64,000 bases of DNA from a virus (taxonomy: Duplodnaviria > Caudoviricetes): positions 3,716-67,715 of IMG/VR virus record IMGVR_UViG_3300009873_001322; one strand, given 5' to 3'. Both the position numbers and the translations under genes were made by a program. Below the pieces are notes generated by a model. That model was not told where the DNA came from. It ran no database searches and saw only the letters and a program-made list of their open reading frames with translations. Shown piece by piece: positions 18,860-29,765 of this stretch; position 1 is the first letter of the stretch; each line of letters starts with the position of its first letter.

Positions 18860-21800
18860 TGGTACTCCCCACATACGAAGAATATATAGAAAATCCTCCG
18901 TCTGCTCCGCAGGAAAAGACGCATCTTCCTACATATGAAGAATATATGGACGATGACTCATCACCTTCAATGGCGGGTCGCCTAATGACCGACATGCTCA
19001 AACCAAGCCTCTATGCCACCGATGTTATCTTACGGTCATTTGGCTATGAGCCAGAGAATAAGGAAAAGAAGCTAACTCCGGAAACTGTACAGTCAATGAA
19101 GCTGTCCGGTGATTGGGATGATTACGTTAAGAGAAATGCTGATTGGAAAGAGGGGGTGATAGAGGGAGTGGCCAAGCCATCGGCTGAAAATATGCAGCAA
19201 AGATTCGCCTCGGCAACTGGAAGAACGGTTCGTGCGTTTTTAGAAGAGGCGGGTGAAGGTTATGATAGAGGGGCTTTATTTGGTCAGCCAGATCCTATAG
19301 CAGCAGCAAGTGGAATAGCTGGGCTAACAACAGAAATGGGACGCCAAGTGCTTAACGAACCACTCCGAAGGCTTTCCTCTCTTTTCTCAGGTGTTGGGGG
19401 AGCATTAAATGAAGCTGGAACTTCCATTGGGACTACTGAAACCGCAAAAGATATAGATAAATTAACCGGTGGGTTGGTTAGGCCGCAAGCGCTAGGAAGG
19501 GATCTCCAGTTTGCTTGGGAATATGCTGGTATATTTCACCCAGCCTCCTATGGGCGCTTTGTTTCTCCTACTGTCAGAACTATCCAGCGCGGTGTGGCAG
19601 AAGGAGTCGTTGGTGTACCGGAATCGGTCTGGATGGGGTTAAAGGAGCCAACACCAGAACAGCGTCTGCGGATGGACATGGCTGTGGAAACCCCTCCGAC
19701 AAACGCGGAAAAATTAGCTTTTTATGACGAACAAACTGCAAATCTCAAAGCAGCGATTGAGAAAAATCCGCAAAAGACTGAGATATACCAAGCGCAACTT
19801 GACCGGATTGATGAGGCGCGAAAAACGATAGAGCCAAAAGAACCGCGTATTCCGGTTGATAGGGCTGTGCGACTTGAAAACCCGCAGTTATTCAATGAAT
19901 TTGATGCCGCTGCTGCAAGGCAGGATGTATTGCGAAGTGGCATTGCCAATCTTAAGGAAGAACATGCCGCTCAAGTGGAAGCAAATGCCCCCCAGAATAA
20001 ACAGATTGCAGAACTTAAAGAAAGCATGGCTGGAAAGAATGATAGGCAGAAAAAAAAGGCACAGCAAAAAATAGATGCGCTAGAAGAGGAACGCCGCGCA
20101 TGGATTGATGAGCAAATAGCCCAAGAAACACCGGAAATACAAAAATTGCGCGAAGGAGTGATGGAGTTTGAGCGCAAGCGCATGGACTTGGCTGAACAGG
20201 TTTCCGCTGCTTATCGTAAGACACGAGAAGATTATCCGGAAGCTGAGGCCGTTGAGCCGAAAGCTGAATCTTATATCCCAGAGCAAAAAGCCGCGCCAGT
20301 TCTCAAGGAAGGTGAGGGACCGTGGGGGCCGATACCGTCCGAGTTCAGTATTGCTGACGATTTCAGGAAGAGCGCTGTAGCTGCTGGTCGTACAGCGGAA
20401 CAAGCTAATGCAGAAGCTGCATTGGTAGAAGCGCATTATAAAGCGATTTCGGAGCAGGGATGGGCTAAGGGAACGCCGGAAGAGATTTATAAGCGGCATA
20501 TGGCGGAGATAATCTCTGGAAAAAAACCCAAGGAAATGGAGTTATCGCAAGGAAATCGCGGCTCCATAAAATTAGCTACAGATACTGCGCGCGCCGCCAT
20601 TAAGCTATTCAAATCACAAAACGCCTCTAGCCTTGTCCATGAACTCGGTCATCATTGGCTTGACGAAATGATGACGTGGGCCAAAGCCGAAGGCGCTCCC
20701 GAAAGCCTTATCAAGCACTCTCAGGAAGTTCGTAAATGGTTGGGCGCTAAGGAGGGGGAATTCAGTGGTTTCACTCGTACCCAACATGAGAAATTTGCTC
20801 GTGGATTTGAGCGTTATTTAATGGAAGGTGTGGCTCCAAGCAAGGAATTGGCCAATGTCTTTGCGCAATTTAAAGATTGGATGACAGCCATTTATCAGAC
20901 TGTAGATAAATTACGATCACCAATTACACCAGAGATTCGCAGTGTATTTGACCACATGCTTTCCGCAAATCCGGAAAGAATATCCATTGTTACCGAGAAG
21001 CCCGTAAAAACAGTGGAATCCTCCCCATCTGTCAGCTCAAAGGCGATAACTCCGGAGATTTCTACAGCCAAGCCTGCGGATGCCAAGTCAGTTATAGCTG
21101 AAACGGCGGAAGTCGAGCCGAACGTTGCCATTGATAGAACGCCGATGCTACCACCAGAAGCAAAAAAGGCACCGGAAGCACAGGGCCCGAATCAGGTTCT
21201 TCCTACTCCTCGCGGAGAATTAGTGGATAAAGCCGGGAATATCCGGCTTGAAAACCTTACCGATGCCGAAGATGTGCGCGAAGGTATAAGGCAACTTGCG
21301 GCACAAGAGCAGAATTTCCTTGATGCTAGACGAGGTACTGTAAGCGATATGGAGGTCGCGAATCTTGCCGATTCAATGGGCGTTGAACAGCAGAAGATAA
21401 ATTTAGAAAGAATGCGCGAACTGTCCGTGGAAGATGGAATTCCCTTGGCTGCTCGTATTCGCGCGTTGAGAAAAATGCTAGAACCCGCTGAAATAGCCGC
21501 CCGCGAAGCCATGCAGAAGGTTATTGAAAGTAAGGGCTCGGATGACGCCCTTATGGAATTTGCCGATGCCCGCAGGCGTTTCCTGATGATCGCTGAAACC
21601 GTTTCCGGAGTAACCGCAGAGTGGGGACGCGCCGGGCGCGCTTTCCGCGACATCAGCAAGGAGCAAAAAGGCAATAGTGCCGCACTGCAAGAATTGTTCC
21701 AGAAGATGACTGGAAAGACCATGGAAGAAATGAGGAAAATGGCGGAAAATCCTCAAAACTTCGATACTCCGGCCAAAATGGGCAAGTATTTGCAGGACTC

Positions 21801-23472
21801 CGCCAAGCCTGGGTTTCTCAAAATGCTCACCGAATACCGTATGGCGGCGATGCTGTGGGGGCCGAGGACGCATATCAAGAACTTTGTATCGAACGCTGCT
21901 ATTGCTGTGAACTCCGTTTTGGAAACGGCATTGGCCTCAACCGTGGGTAAAGTCCTTAAATCCACCGATAGGATTGAACTTAACGAGGCGGCGGCAAGAT
22001 GGACGGCTATTGCACGGGGATCGGAAGAGGGTTGGACGGCGGCTAAAGCTATTCTCGTCGATGAAAACGCCATCACTGGTACGCGAACCATAGAAAACGT
22101 CTATCAACACGCCATTCCGGGGAAGGCTGGTGAAGTGGCTCGTTTTTCCTTTCGCGCGCTTTCAGCAGCGGATGAGCTTTTTAAAAGTATAGCTTACCGT
22201 CAGGAAATAAATGCTCTCGCTACCAGAATGGCGAATAAGGAAGGATTAAAGGGAGAGGCACATGCAAGCCGCGTAACTGATATAATTCGCAACCCCACCG
22301 AGGAAATGATGGAAGCCGCTAAGAAACATGCGGATTATCAGACGCTGACAAAATCTTTAGAGGGTACAGCATTAAAAGGGCAGTTCTTGGTTAATTCCAA
22401 CTTCATATTGAAAAACATAGTGCCGTTTTATCGCACAAATATCAATAGTTTGGAGTATTTTCTTAAAGAAAGAACAGTGCTTGGGCTTGCCTCGCGTGAA
22501 GTGCGCGATAATCTGATGGGTAAAAACGGGGAAAGAGCTAGGGATTTACAAATAGCTAGAACTACGCTCGGGACGGCTGTGGCAGGAATAGCCATTGCCT
22601 CGGTGTTGGATGATAAAGTGACTGGCCGTGGGCCGAAAGACCCGCAGGAGCGGGCTTTATGGTTGCGCACGCATCAACCCTACAGTGTGCGCGTAGGCGA
22701 TATGTGGTACAGTTACGAAGGCTTACAGGGGTTTTCCACACCGTTTGGCATGGCAGCAGATATAGCTGAAACCGTTGTAGATGGCTTAGAAAGACAGGAT
22801 GAGGTAGAAAAAATCGTGTTAGCGGGAGTCGGAGCTTTATCAAAAAGACTGTTGGAGATAGCCTCATTACAAGGCGTTTCCGATACTGTGCAGGCGATGA
22901 ATAATCCTGATCAATATTTTCATCGCTGGCTGAGAAATTACATGACGAGCCACATCCCTAATTTTGTTCCAACGATTGCTTCGGCCATGGATCCGGAGTT
23001 GCGTGAAGTAAATGATATGATTGAGGCTTTTAAATCTAAAACACCTTTTATCAAAGAGACTCTTCTTCCCAGATTAGATATATGGGGACAGCCTATTGTT
23101 AAAGAGGGGGCTTTAGGGCCGGATGTGATAAGCCCTATTTTTCAAAGCAAAATCAGCGATGACCCCGTTGACCAGAAATTACAGGCATTAAAAAAATATC
23201 CAGGCAAAGTTGCAGATAGAATAAATGGGGTAAAACTTACCGAACAGCAATACCACGATTATCAGAAGCTATCCGGTAGGCTATCCCATGATTTGCTCAC
23301 TGAAATCATTTTACAGCCTAATTTTTCTGAGATGCCAGAATTTGCTCAAGTTGAAGTTATCAATGATATTATTGGCGATGCTAGAGAAGAGGCGCGTGGT
23401 GAGATGCTAAGGCTTTATCCGGAAATAATCGATCAGGCTATTCAAAGCAGGCAGGAACTATATTCCCAATAA
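18859..23472 (+). CDS. Large ejection protein / large polyvalent protein with zincin-like HELGH domain and LPD38-like C-terminus
   Basis: 1537 aa; ASSLVHELGHHWLD, HEKFARGFERYLMEG, PRLDIWGQPI motifs. Confidence 0.8.
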   Translation: MVLPTYEEYIENPPSAPQEKTHLPTYEEYMDDDSSPSMAGRLMTDMLKPSLYATDVILRSFGYEPENKEKKLTPETVQSMKLSGDWDDYVKRNADWKEGVIEGVAKPSAENMQQRFASATGRTVRAFLEEAGEGYDRGALFGQPDPIAAASGIAGLTTEMGRQVLNEPLRRLSSLFSGVGGALNEAGTSIGTTETAKDIDKLTGGLVRPQALGRDLQFAWEYAGIFHPASYGRFVSPTVRTIQRGVAEGVVGVPESVWMGLKEPTPEQRLRMDMAVETPPTNAEKLAFYDEQTANLKAAIEKNPQKTEIYQAQLDRIDEARKTIEPKEPRIPVDRAVRLENPQLFNEFDAAAARQDVLRSGIANLKEEHAAQVEANAPQNKQIAELKESMAGKNDRQKKKAQQKIDALEEERRAWIDEQIAQETPEIQKLREGVMEFERKRMDLAEQVSAAYRKTREDYPEAEAVEPKAESYIPEQKAAPVLKEGEGPWGPIPSEFSIADDFRKSAVAAGRTAEQANAEAALVEAHYKAISEQGWAKGTPEEIYKRHMAEIISGKKPKEMELSQGNRGSIKLATDTARAAIKLFKSQNASSLVHELGHHWLDEMMTWAKAEGAPESLIKHSQEVRKWLGAKEGEFSGFTRTQHEKFARGFERYLMEGVAPSKELANVFAQFKDWMTAIYQTVDKLRSPITPEIRSVFDHMLSANPERISIVTEKPVKTVESSPSVSSKAITPEISTAKPADAKSVIAETAEVEPNVAIDRTPMLPPEAKKAPEAQGPNQVLPTPRGELVDKAGNIRLENLTDAEDVREGIRQLAAQEQNFLDARRGTVSDMEVANLADSMGVEQQKINLERMRELSVEDGIPLAARIRALRKMLEPAEIAAREAMQKVIESKGSDDALMEFADARRRFLMIAETVSGVTAEWGRAGRAFRDISKEQKGNSAALQELFQKMTGKTMEEMRKMAENPQNFDTPAKMGKYLQDSAKPGFLKMLTEYRMAAMLWGPRTHIKNFVSNAAIAVNSVLETALASTVGKVLKSTDRIELNEAAARWTAIARGSEEGWTAAKAILVDENAITGTRTIENVYQHAIPGKAGEVARFSFRALSAADELFKSIAYRQEINALATRMANKEGLKGEAHASRVTDIIRNPTEEMMEAAKKHADYQTLTKSLEGTALKGQFLVNSNFILKNIVPFYRTNINSLEYFLKERTVLGLASREVRDNLMGKNGERARDLQIARTTLGTAVAGIAIASVLDDKVTGRGPKDPQERALWLRTHQPYSVRVGDMWYSYEGLQGFSTPFGMAADIAETVVDGLERQDEVEKIVLAGVGALSKRLLEIASLQGVSDTVQAMNNPDQYFHRWLRNYMTSHIPNFVPTIASAMDPELREVNDMIEAFKSKTPFIKETLLPRLDIWGQPIVKEGALGPDVISPIFQSKISDDPVDQKLQALKKYPGKVADRINGVKLTEQQYHDYQKLSGRLSHDLLTEIILQPNFSEMPEFAQVEVINDIIGDAREEARGEMLRLYPEIIDQAIQSRQELYSQ

Positions 23473-23541
23473 TTCCCTAGCCATTTTCTCTGGTTAGGTG
23501 TAATATACCGCCAAAGAGCGTGTAAAACGCCAGCACGGAGA

Positions 23542-24063
23542 ATGCCATTGAAGTCCAACCCCTTTAATGCCGAATATGTACGCCTAATTTTGGATTACAA
23601 TCCAGAAACGGGAATATTTAAATGGAAAAATTTATCCACAGCTACCCCTCAACGTAATGCTCAATGGGCTGGGAAGATAGCTGGATATCCTCATAAGGGA
23701 TATCAAAGAATTAATATAAATGGGGCTCATCATCGTGCCCACCGCCTTGCATGGCTTTACATGACTGGTGAGTGGCCAAAAGAAGAAATAGACCATAGAA
23801 ATAATGAAAAAAATGATAACAGATTTTTAAATCTTCGAGAAGTTGTGCGTAATGAAAACGCAAAGAATCGCCTAAAATCATGCAATAATACTAGTGGGGT
23901 AAAGGGGGTTAGTTATCGCAAAGAAAGTGGCTTATGGCGAGTTAGGATTATGGTTGATAAAAAACCCATTCATTTAGGTGATTTTAAAAACATAAAAGAA
24001 GCTGGAGAAGTTTATAAAGAAGCAGCCCTGAAATTACATGGTGAATTTGCGAGGGTTGCATGA
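23542..24063 (+). CDS. HNH endonuclease with AP2-like DNA-binding domain
   Basis: AHRLAWLYMTGEWP, IDHRNNEKNDNRFLNLR, NNTSGVKGV, HGEFA motifs. Confidence 0.9.
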   Translation: MPLKSNPFNAEYVRLILDYNPETGIFKWKNLSTATPQRNAQWAGKIAGYPHKGYQRININGAHHRAHRLAWLYMTGEWPKEEIDHRNNEKNDNRFLNLREVVRNENAKNRLKSCNNTSGVKGVSYRKESGLWRVRIMVDKKPIHLGDFKNIKEAGEVYKEAALKLHGEFARVA

Positions 24064-25643
24064 CAATTTCCACATCCGCTAGTCAGGTTACGGTTCTTGG
24101 AAATGGAGCGACAACGTCGTGGGACTTTTCATTTATTGGAGATTCTGAAGAATTTATCACCGTCACATTTAATGACACTGATAACACTCAAACCGTACTT
24201 TCAACATCTTCCTATACACTTGTTTTGAATCCCCCCGCGACCGGATCGTTATGGGGAGTTGGTGGGACGCTTGTTTATCCTCTTGTTGGATCGCCAATTG
24301 CCAGCGGCACATCTCTTACTATATCCCGCATATTACCCTACACACAGGTTATCTCCATCTCCAACCAGGGAGATTTTGCGCCGCAGGTTATTGAGGAAAT
24401 GGGCGATACGCTGGAAATGCAGATACAGCAGCTTGCCGCGCGTACCACTCAATTCAGGGGAACATGGGTAACCAATACCGATTACACAGTTGGCGACATC
24501 GTGCAAGATGGAGATAATGGCTTAGATACTGGTAATTATTATATTTGTACGATTGCAAACACCTCGGATGTATGGGCAGACGACCTCGCGGCTGGATATT
24601 GGGCACTTTCCGTTACGGCCACGGTTCCCAGCGGCAGCCTGACTCTGACCGGGGATGTGACTGGAAGCAGTACACTAGGGACTCCGACAGCTACTACCAT
24701 AGCTGCTAATGCAGTTACTAACGCCAAGATGGCTACAATGCCAGCCAATACTGTCAAAGTTAATGCTACCTCTGCTACTTCGGTTCCGACGGACTTTACT
24801 ATAAATTTATCTACGCTTTTGGGGCGCGGGCCTACAGGAAATATTGCCGCTCTATCATTGGGATCCAATTTATCTATATCAACCTCAACATTGAATGTTA
24901 CCAATATTAATATTCCATATTCATATATTTCTGGATTTTTGCTTTCATCCATTGCTGGCAACAGTACAACGGCCTCTCTTACTGTGGGTGCGGGACAGGC
25001 AACGGATTCCACTAACGTCGCCACTATTTCTAAAGCGACGAGCACGTCATGGGCAGTATCGAATGGCAATGCCATTAACGGCTACCAGGGCGGTACAACG
25101 CTTCCCAATAGCGATACGATTCACATATTCATGATTTCCAAGACGGATGGTACGACCGCCTCATTCGCACACAACGGGTTGACTCCGACATTACCCACAG
25201 ATTATATTTATTATCGGCGGGTTGGCTCGTTCAATACCACTGGTGCCGGAGCCCCCTTACCCTACACCGCTATAGAGATGGGTGGTGGTGCTGTTGAAGC
25301 CATTCTCACAACTGCTGTTTCCCAAACATATACCGGATCAACTGGCGGCGCATTGCTTGTTATTGGTGGCGTTCCCACCGATATAAGGGTCAAGCCGAAT
25401 ATTGTCGCTACTGCGGGTACTTCTTCCACCTATGGTATTATCAGTTCAGAAGACGCAACAAGTGCGGCACCGGCAGTGAACGGCACTGCTCCCGGAACGA
25501 ATTTCTCTAACGATGGCGGCCAGAATCCAGGATTCCCTAATGTAATTACTAACACGTCAGCGCAAGTTCGCCAACGCACAAGTAGCACTGATACCAACTA
25601 TTATATTTACTGCCACGGATGGACGGATTTTAGACGTTCTTAG
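24060..25643 (+). CDS. Tail fibre protein with T7 gp17-like N-terminal adaptor domain
   Basis: GNGATTSWDFSF, LTISRILPYTQ, LEMQIQQL; Thr/Ser-rich C-terminus. Confidence 0.85.
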   Translation: MTISTSASQVTVLGNGATTSWDFSFIGDSEEFITVTFNDTDNTQTVLSTSSYTLVLNPPATGSLWGVGGTLVYPLVGSPIASGTSLTISRILPYTQVISISNQGDFAPQVIEEMGDTLEMQIQQLAARTTQFRGTWVTNTDYTVGDIVQDGDNGLDTGNYYICTIANTSDVWADDLAAGYWALSVTATVPSGSLTLTGDVTGSSTLGTPTATTIAANAVTNAKMATMPANTVKVNATSATSVPTDFTINLSTLLGRGPTGNIAALSLGSNLSISTSTLNVTNINIPYSYISGFLLSSIAGNSTTASLTVGAGQATDSTNVATISKATSTSWAVSNGNAINGYQGGTTLPNSDTIHIFMISKTDGTTASFAHNGLTPTLPTDYIYYRRVGSFNTTGAGAPLPYTAIEMGGGAVEAILTTAVSQTYTGSTGGALLVIGGVPTDIRVKPNIVATAGTSSTYGIISSEDATSAAPAVNGTAPGTNFSNDGGQNPGFPNVITNTSAQVRQRTSSTDTNYYIYCHGWTDFRRS

Positions 25644-25666
25644 AAAAATTATATAGGAGAATATTT

Positions 25667-26056
25667 ATGGCAATATCCCCCCCACAATTACAAAGCAAAC
25701 TGTCAGTTCCGCAGACGGCTAACAATTTTATCGCCATGCAGTCGGCCAAGCTGTCAGTAGCTACTGCAAGCGTATCAGTGACCTTCACCAATATTCCGAG
25801 CAGCCAGCGCGTTACGTTTAAGTTGTCCAATACCGGAGGTGCGTCGGCTTATATAGCCAGCGGCAATAATACGGCTACGGCGGTTCTTTCATCTTCCACG
25901 CCACAACCGACATCCGGTGCGGCCTCCGTTTCCAATTGTGACTGTATCCCCGCTGGTGCAATTCTCACACAGGACTATGTATCGGATACCAATACCTTAG
26001 CTTTCATATCTGCCGGTACGACGGTTATAGAAATATCAATAGGCGGCGGTCAATAA
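25667..26056 (+). CDS. Beta-rich hypothetical virion protein
   Basis: 129 aa, S/T/A-rich, GGAG RBS. Confidence 0.6.
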   Translation: MAISPPQLQSKLSVPQTANNFIAMQSAKLSVATASVSVTFTNIPSSQRVTFKLSNTGGASAYIASGNNTATAVLSSSTPQPTSGAASVSNCDCIPAGAILTQDYVSDTNTLAFISAGTTVIEISIGGGQ

Positions 26057-26077
26057 TAAATAAACAAGGAGAGATAT

Positions 26078-26662
26078 ATGGCAGTCAGTCAAAGAATAAT
26101 GCAGCGTGAAGATTTTGCCTTAATATTAAATGAGCTAAAGGATATTAATCCTTCGGATATTAAGGCATTGGAGGAAACGCGCCGTAAAGAAGCGGCTTTA
26201 ACCGAGACGGAATTGGCTAAATTAGCAGAGTCACGGGCTTATATTGCTCAAGCGGATTCTCTTTACTCTGAACTAAAAAAAGAGAGGGATGCTTTATCGC
26301 AGATCAAAAAAGAGCACGAGGATAAAGTTTCCGCATTCTCTACCCAGGTTCAAGCAGAGAATAAAAGATTATCCGACTGGGAAGCGAAATTGAATGCGAT
26401 TTCTGCGCAGCAACTCGAAACTTTTAGTTTGTTTTCGCAGAAAGAAAAGGCATTGGCCGATGAGCGTCGTCAAATAGAAATAGATGCTGCTACGGCGCAA
26501 GCGGATTTAAATAAAAAAGTTGCTCAAATAGATATTTCTTTAAAAGAAATTGAAAAGAAAGAATCTTTAAACGCAAAAGAAGCAGAAAGAATCTCTGCAT
26601 GGGAAGCTAAATTGAAAGCCAAGGCAGCGAGACTTGCCGCTGAAGCCCAATCCGATGGCTAA
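26078..26662 (+). CDS. Coiled-coil protein
   Basis: E/K/A/L heptad-rich; AGGAG RBS. Confidence 0.65.
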   Translation: MAVSQRIMQREDFALILNELKDINPSDIKALEETRRKEAALTETELAKLAESRAYIAQADSLYSELKKERDALSQIKKEHEDKVSAFSTQVQAENKRLSDWEAKLNAISAQQLETFSLFSQKEKALADERRQIEIDAATAQADLNKKVAQIDISLKEIEKKESLNAKEAERISAWEAKLKAKAARLAAEAQSDG

Positions 26663-26665
26663 TAA

Positions 26666-28699
26666 ATGGTTTTTAAAAGCAGCATCAACCAAAACAACGG
26701 AAGCGGTGGCGGTTCGGTAAACTCAGTAACTGGTCTTAATACCGACAACGCTGATCCCGCTAATCCTGTTGTAAAAATATCGGTTGATGGCGTAACTATC
26801 ACTGGGCAAGGAACCCCTGCTGACCCACTTGTTGGTACTCCTAGCGGCGTTACCTCGGTTTCAAATTCTGATGGAACCCTAGCTATTACCCCCACCACTG
26901 GAGCAGTGGTTGCCTCTCTGGCTTCTTTATCAAGCTCCAGTATCCTCATTGGCAATTTATCTGGCGTAGCAACCCCACGCACACTAGCTGGAGATGCGAC
27001 TTTAACAAACAATGGTACCATTACATTAGCTACCGTAAATGCCAACGTAGGGTCATTCGGCTCCACAATTGCGATTCCCAATTTTGCTGTAAATGCTAAA
27101 GGACTTTTAACGGCAGCTGGTTCAACTCCTGTAGTTGCTCCGGCGGGTACTTTGACTGGAACAACCATTGGTTCCACGGTTATTACCTCCTTTTTAACCT
27201 CCGTAGGCATTCTAACTGGCGGAGCGACCGGATCTGGATTTACAGTTAATATTGGGGCATCAACTGTTTCTGGAATATTACTTGTCCCCAATGGCGGTAC
27301 GGGGGCGGCCACCCTTTCAAATCATGGAGTTTTAATCGGTGCCGGTACAGGTGTGATTCAAACCGCAACCACAGGCATTGCAGGCGCTATTTTAACCGAC
27401 CAGGGGGCTGGAGCCGATCCCGCATTTAAAGCTGTAGTTGGAGATTTTACATTTACTGCCAATGGCACCGCAACACTTGCCACAGTTAATTCTAACATTG
27501 GGTCATTCGGCTCATCTTCGAGTGTTTCAACTTTTACAGTAAATGCCAAAGGATTGCTTACGGCAGCTGGAAGCACCGTTATCCAAATCGCCGAATCACA
27601 AGTTACAAATCTTGTGTCGGATTTGGCTTCTAAGCAATCCACTACTCTTACTGATTCTCATATATTAGTTGGCAATGCATCAAATATAGCAACGGATAAA
27701 GCGATGGTAGGAGATGCTACACTCACTAATAATGGTTCAATTGTTTTAGCAACGGTAAATTCAAACGTCGGAAATTTTGGTTCTTCCACCGCTATTCCAG
27801 CTTTTGCTGTAAACGCCAAGGGACTCATGACTGCCGCAAGTACAAATCCCGTAGTAGCGCCAGCCGGAACCTTAACTGGGACAACTTTAGGATCGTCTGT
27901 AGTAACATCCTTTCTTACCTCGCTGGGAACTCTCACTAATTTAACCGTGACTAATCCAATTTCTGGTTCAGTCACTGGGAATGCCGGTACCGTTACGGTC
28001 GGTGCAGAAAATGCTGATACAACAAGCTTTCCGTTATTTTCTACAGCCGCTTCTGGCAGCCTCTCACCAAAAACCAGCGCCAGTTTTACCTTTAACGCTC
28101 TCACATCCAATCTTTCAGCAGTAACATTTACCGGAGCATTCGTTGGCTCATTAACTGGAACAGCGAGCGTAGCCACAGCCTCTGTTAATATAAGGGCGAC
28201 TACGGATGTAACTGATACAACTTGTTTTCTTTTATTTTCAAACACAGCCACTGGCAACATAGCACCTAAAACGAATGCGAGCTTCACTTTTAATTCTGTC
28301 ACAAGCAATTTAACAGCGGGAGGATTTACTGGATCATTGGCAGGTAGCACTGGCCTACCTTCGACAGATGGACATTCGCGTACTTTTGAACGCCCGCTAA
28401 ATCAACTTTATATCGCATGGCTTAAAGTCCCATTCGATTGCACAATTACTGCCATTGATCATATCTGCCTTTCTGGTTCCATTGGTGCCGCCTATTATAT
28501 CCGAAGCGGTACAGCTAATGTTCAGGGTACACTAATTACCAGTGGTACAGGTATTATCACCACCACGATTGCCACACTCACACCATCCGGTGCAAATGTT
28601 ATAACGGCAGGCAATCACCTGCAAGCTGTCTTCTCTTCAAATTCGTTATGTAAAAATGCTGAAATCACCTTCAAATATACACGGACTTTACCAACATGA
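26666..28699 (+). CDS. Repeat-containing fibre/adhesin-like virion protein
   Basis: Three GD(A/F)TxTxNG..LATVN.N.G.FGS..VNAKGL.TAA repeats and two DTTxFxLFS..PKT.ASFTFN repeats. Confidence 0.75.
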   Translation: MVFKSSINQNNGSGGGSVNSVTGLNTDNADPANPVVKISVDGVTITGQGTPADPLVGTPSGVTSVSNSDGTLAITPTTGAVVASLASLSSSSILIGNLSGVATPRTLAGDATLTNNGTITLATVNANVGSFGSTIAIPNFAVNAKGLLTAAGSTPVVAPAGTLTGTTIGSTVITSFLTSVGILTGGATGSGFTVNIGASTVSGILLVPNGGTGAATLSNHGVLIGAGTGVIQTATTGIAGAILTDQGAGADPAFKAVVGDFTFTANGTATLATVNSNIGSFGSSSSVSTFTVNAKGLLTAAGSTVIQIAESQVTNLVSDLASKQSTTLTDSHILVGNASNIATDKAMVGDATLTNNGSIVLATVNSNVGNFGSSTAIPAFAVNAKGLMTAASTNPVVAPAGTLTGTTLGSSVVTSFLTSLGTLTNLTVTNPISGSVTGNAGTVTVGAENADTTSFPLFSTAASGSLSPKTSASFTFNALTSNLSAVTFTGAFVGSLTGTASVATASVNIRATTDVTDTTCFLLFSNTATGNIAPKTNASFTFNSVTSNLTAGGFTGSLAGSTGLPSTDGHSRTFERPLNQLYIAWLKVPFDCTITAIDHICLSGSIGAAYYIRSGTANVQGTLITSGTGIITTTIATLTPSGANVITAGNHLQAVFSSNSLCKNAEITFKYTRTLPT

Positions 28700-29415
28700 G
28701 CACAACCGCTGATTGTCTACCGCAGTATTCATTAAACTTTGACGGCGCATCGAGCATGGGGCTTACTAATGCTAATCAGCCTACTTGGGGAAATGTTCAA
28801 TCCTTTAGTATTCGTTTTAAACGTAGCGTAACGGCTACGGAAGAGTTCCTCTGGAGTAAAAGCGGTGAGGGAGATCCTTTGTCTGGTTTCTGCTGTAAAA
28901 TACAATCTGATGGGAAAATTTATTTTATCATAGGTGTAAGCGTTACTATAGGCATGATTACCCTTCTCACTTCAAATTATTTTATATCGACAACTACTGT
29001 AGAGGATTCCAACTGGCATCAACTCGATATTGATTATGATACAAATAACGCCACTTCTTCCAATAGAATAAAGATGCGATTAGATGGAGCTGCTGAAACA
29101 GCATCATTAAGTAGTCTTACAGCACAAGGATCATTCATTGGGAATACTTCCCGTTTTTGGTGGGGGTGTAGTGTTGCAGTTGATAGATATTTTACTGGCC
29201 TCATGTATAATATGGGGATTACCGCAAGCGGTACTCAGTTTACAAGTTCTGACACTAGAGTCAGTGATGGCACAGCAGCAGATTTCAAGAGTGTCTCTCT
29301 TGCGGCATTTCCTTGGGTCGATGCAGGTTCTGTTACATCTGATTGGATAGGTAATACGTGGTCAAATGCCGGAGTCACCGCAAGTTCGACTTTGGGGGAT
29401 GCGTCAACGCCATGA
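28696..29415 (+). CDS. LamG/concanavalin A-like lectin-fold protein
   Basis: YSLNFDG, SFSIRFKR, DSNWHQL, RYFTGLMYNM pattern. Confidence 0.6.
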   Translation: MSTTADCLPQYSLNFDGASSMGLTNANQPTWGNVQSFSIRFKRSVTATEEFLWSKSGEGDPLSGFCCKIQSDGKIYFIIGVSVTIGMITLLTSNYFISTTTVEDSNWHQLDIDYDTNNATSSNRIKMRLDGAAETASLSSLTAQGSFIGNTSRFWWGCSVAVDRYFTGLMYNMGITASGTQFTSSDTRVSDGTAADFKSVSLAAFPWVDAGSVTSDWIGNTWSNAGVTASSTLGDASTP

Positions 29416-29765
29416 TTTTAGTCTTTGATAAGCCGCAGGAACTTACGGACATAGATAATGCCGTTGAAGCAGCTATGGGAAATATTCAATCCTGGCAAGC
29501 TGTAGAACTTGAGAACAATGGGAAATATTCAAATCTGCAAGATATTTCGACTCTATTCGATTTTCCACCAAACGTAGGCCGAATCGTAGCCTATATAGCA
29601 GAAGCATCTGGATATTTTATTATCTTGCATGGGGAAACCCCGCCAACTGAATATATTTATACCAATGGCAATTGGGATATTCTTACCGATGGTGTTGCCG
29701 CATTATGGCAAAAAATTGTGGATTCACAGGAAGACATTGAAGATTGGGCGCCGTTAAATGTTTGA
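29412..29765 (+). CDS. Hypothetical protein
   Basis: ATGA-coupled ORF. Confidence 0.55.
   Translation: MILVFDKPQELTDIDNAVEAAMGNIQSWQAVELENNGKYSNLQDISTLFDFPPNVGRIVAYIAEASGYFIILHGETPPTEYIYTNGNWDILTDGVAALWQKIVDSQEDIEDWAPLNV

Noticed and set aside
24060-29415. Diversity-generating retroelement, expected from the BPP-1-like architecture
   Set aside because: No reverse transcriptase, Avd gene or adenine-only-mismatch TR/VR pair seen; fibre repeats differ at all bases
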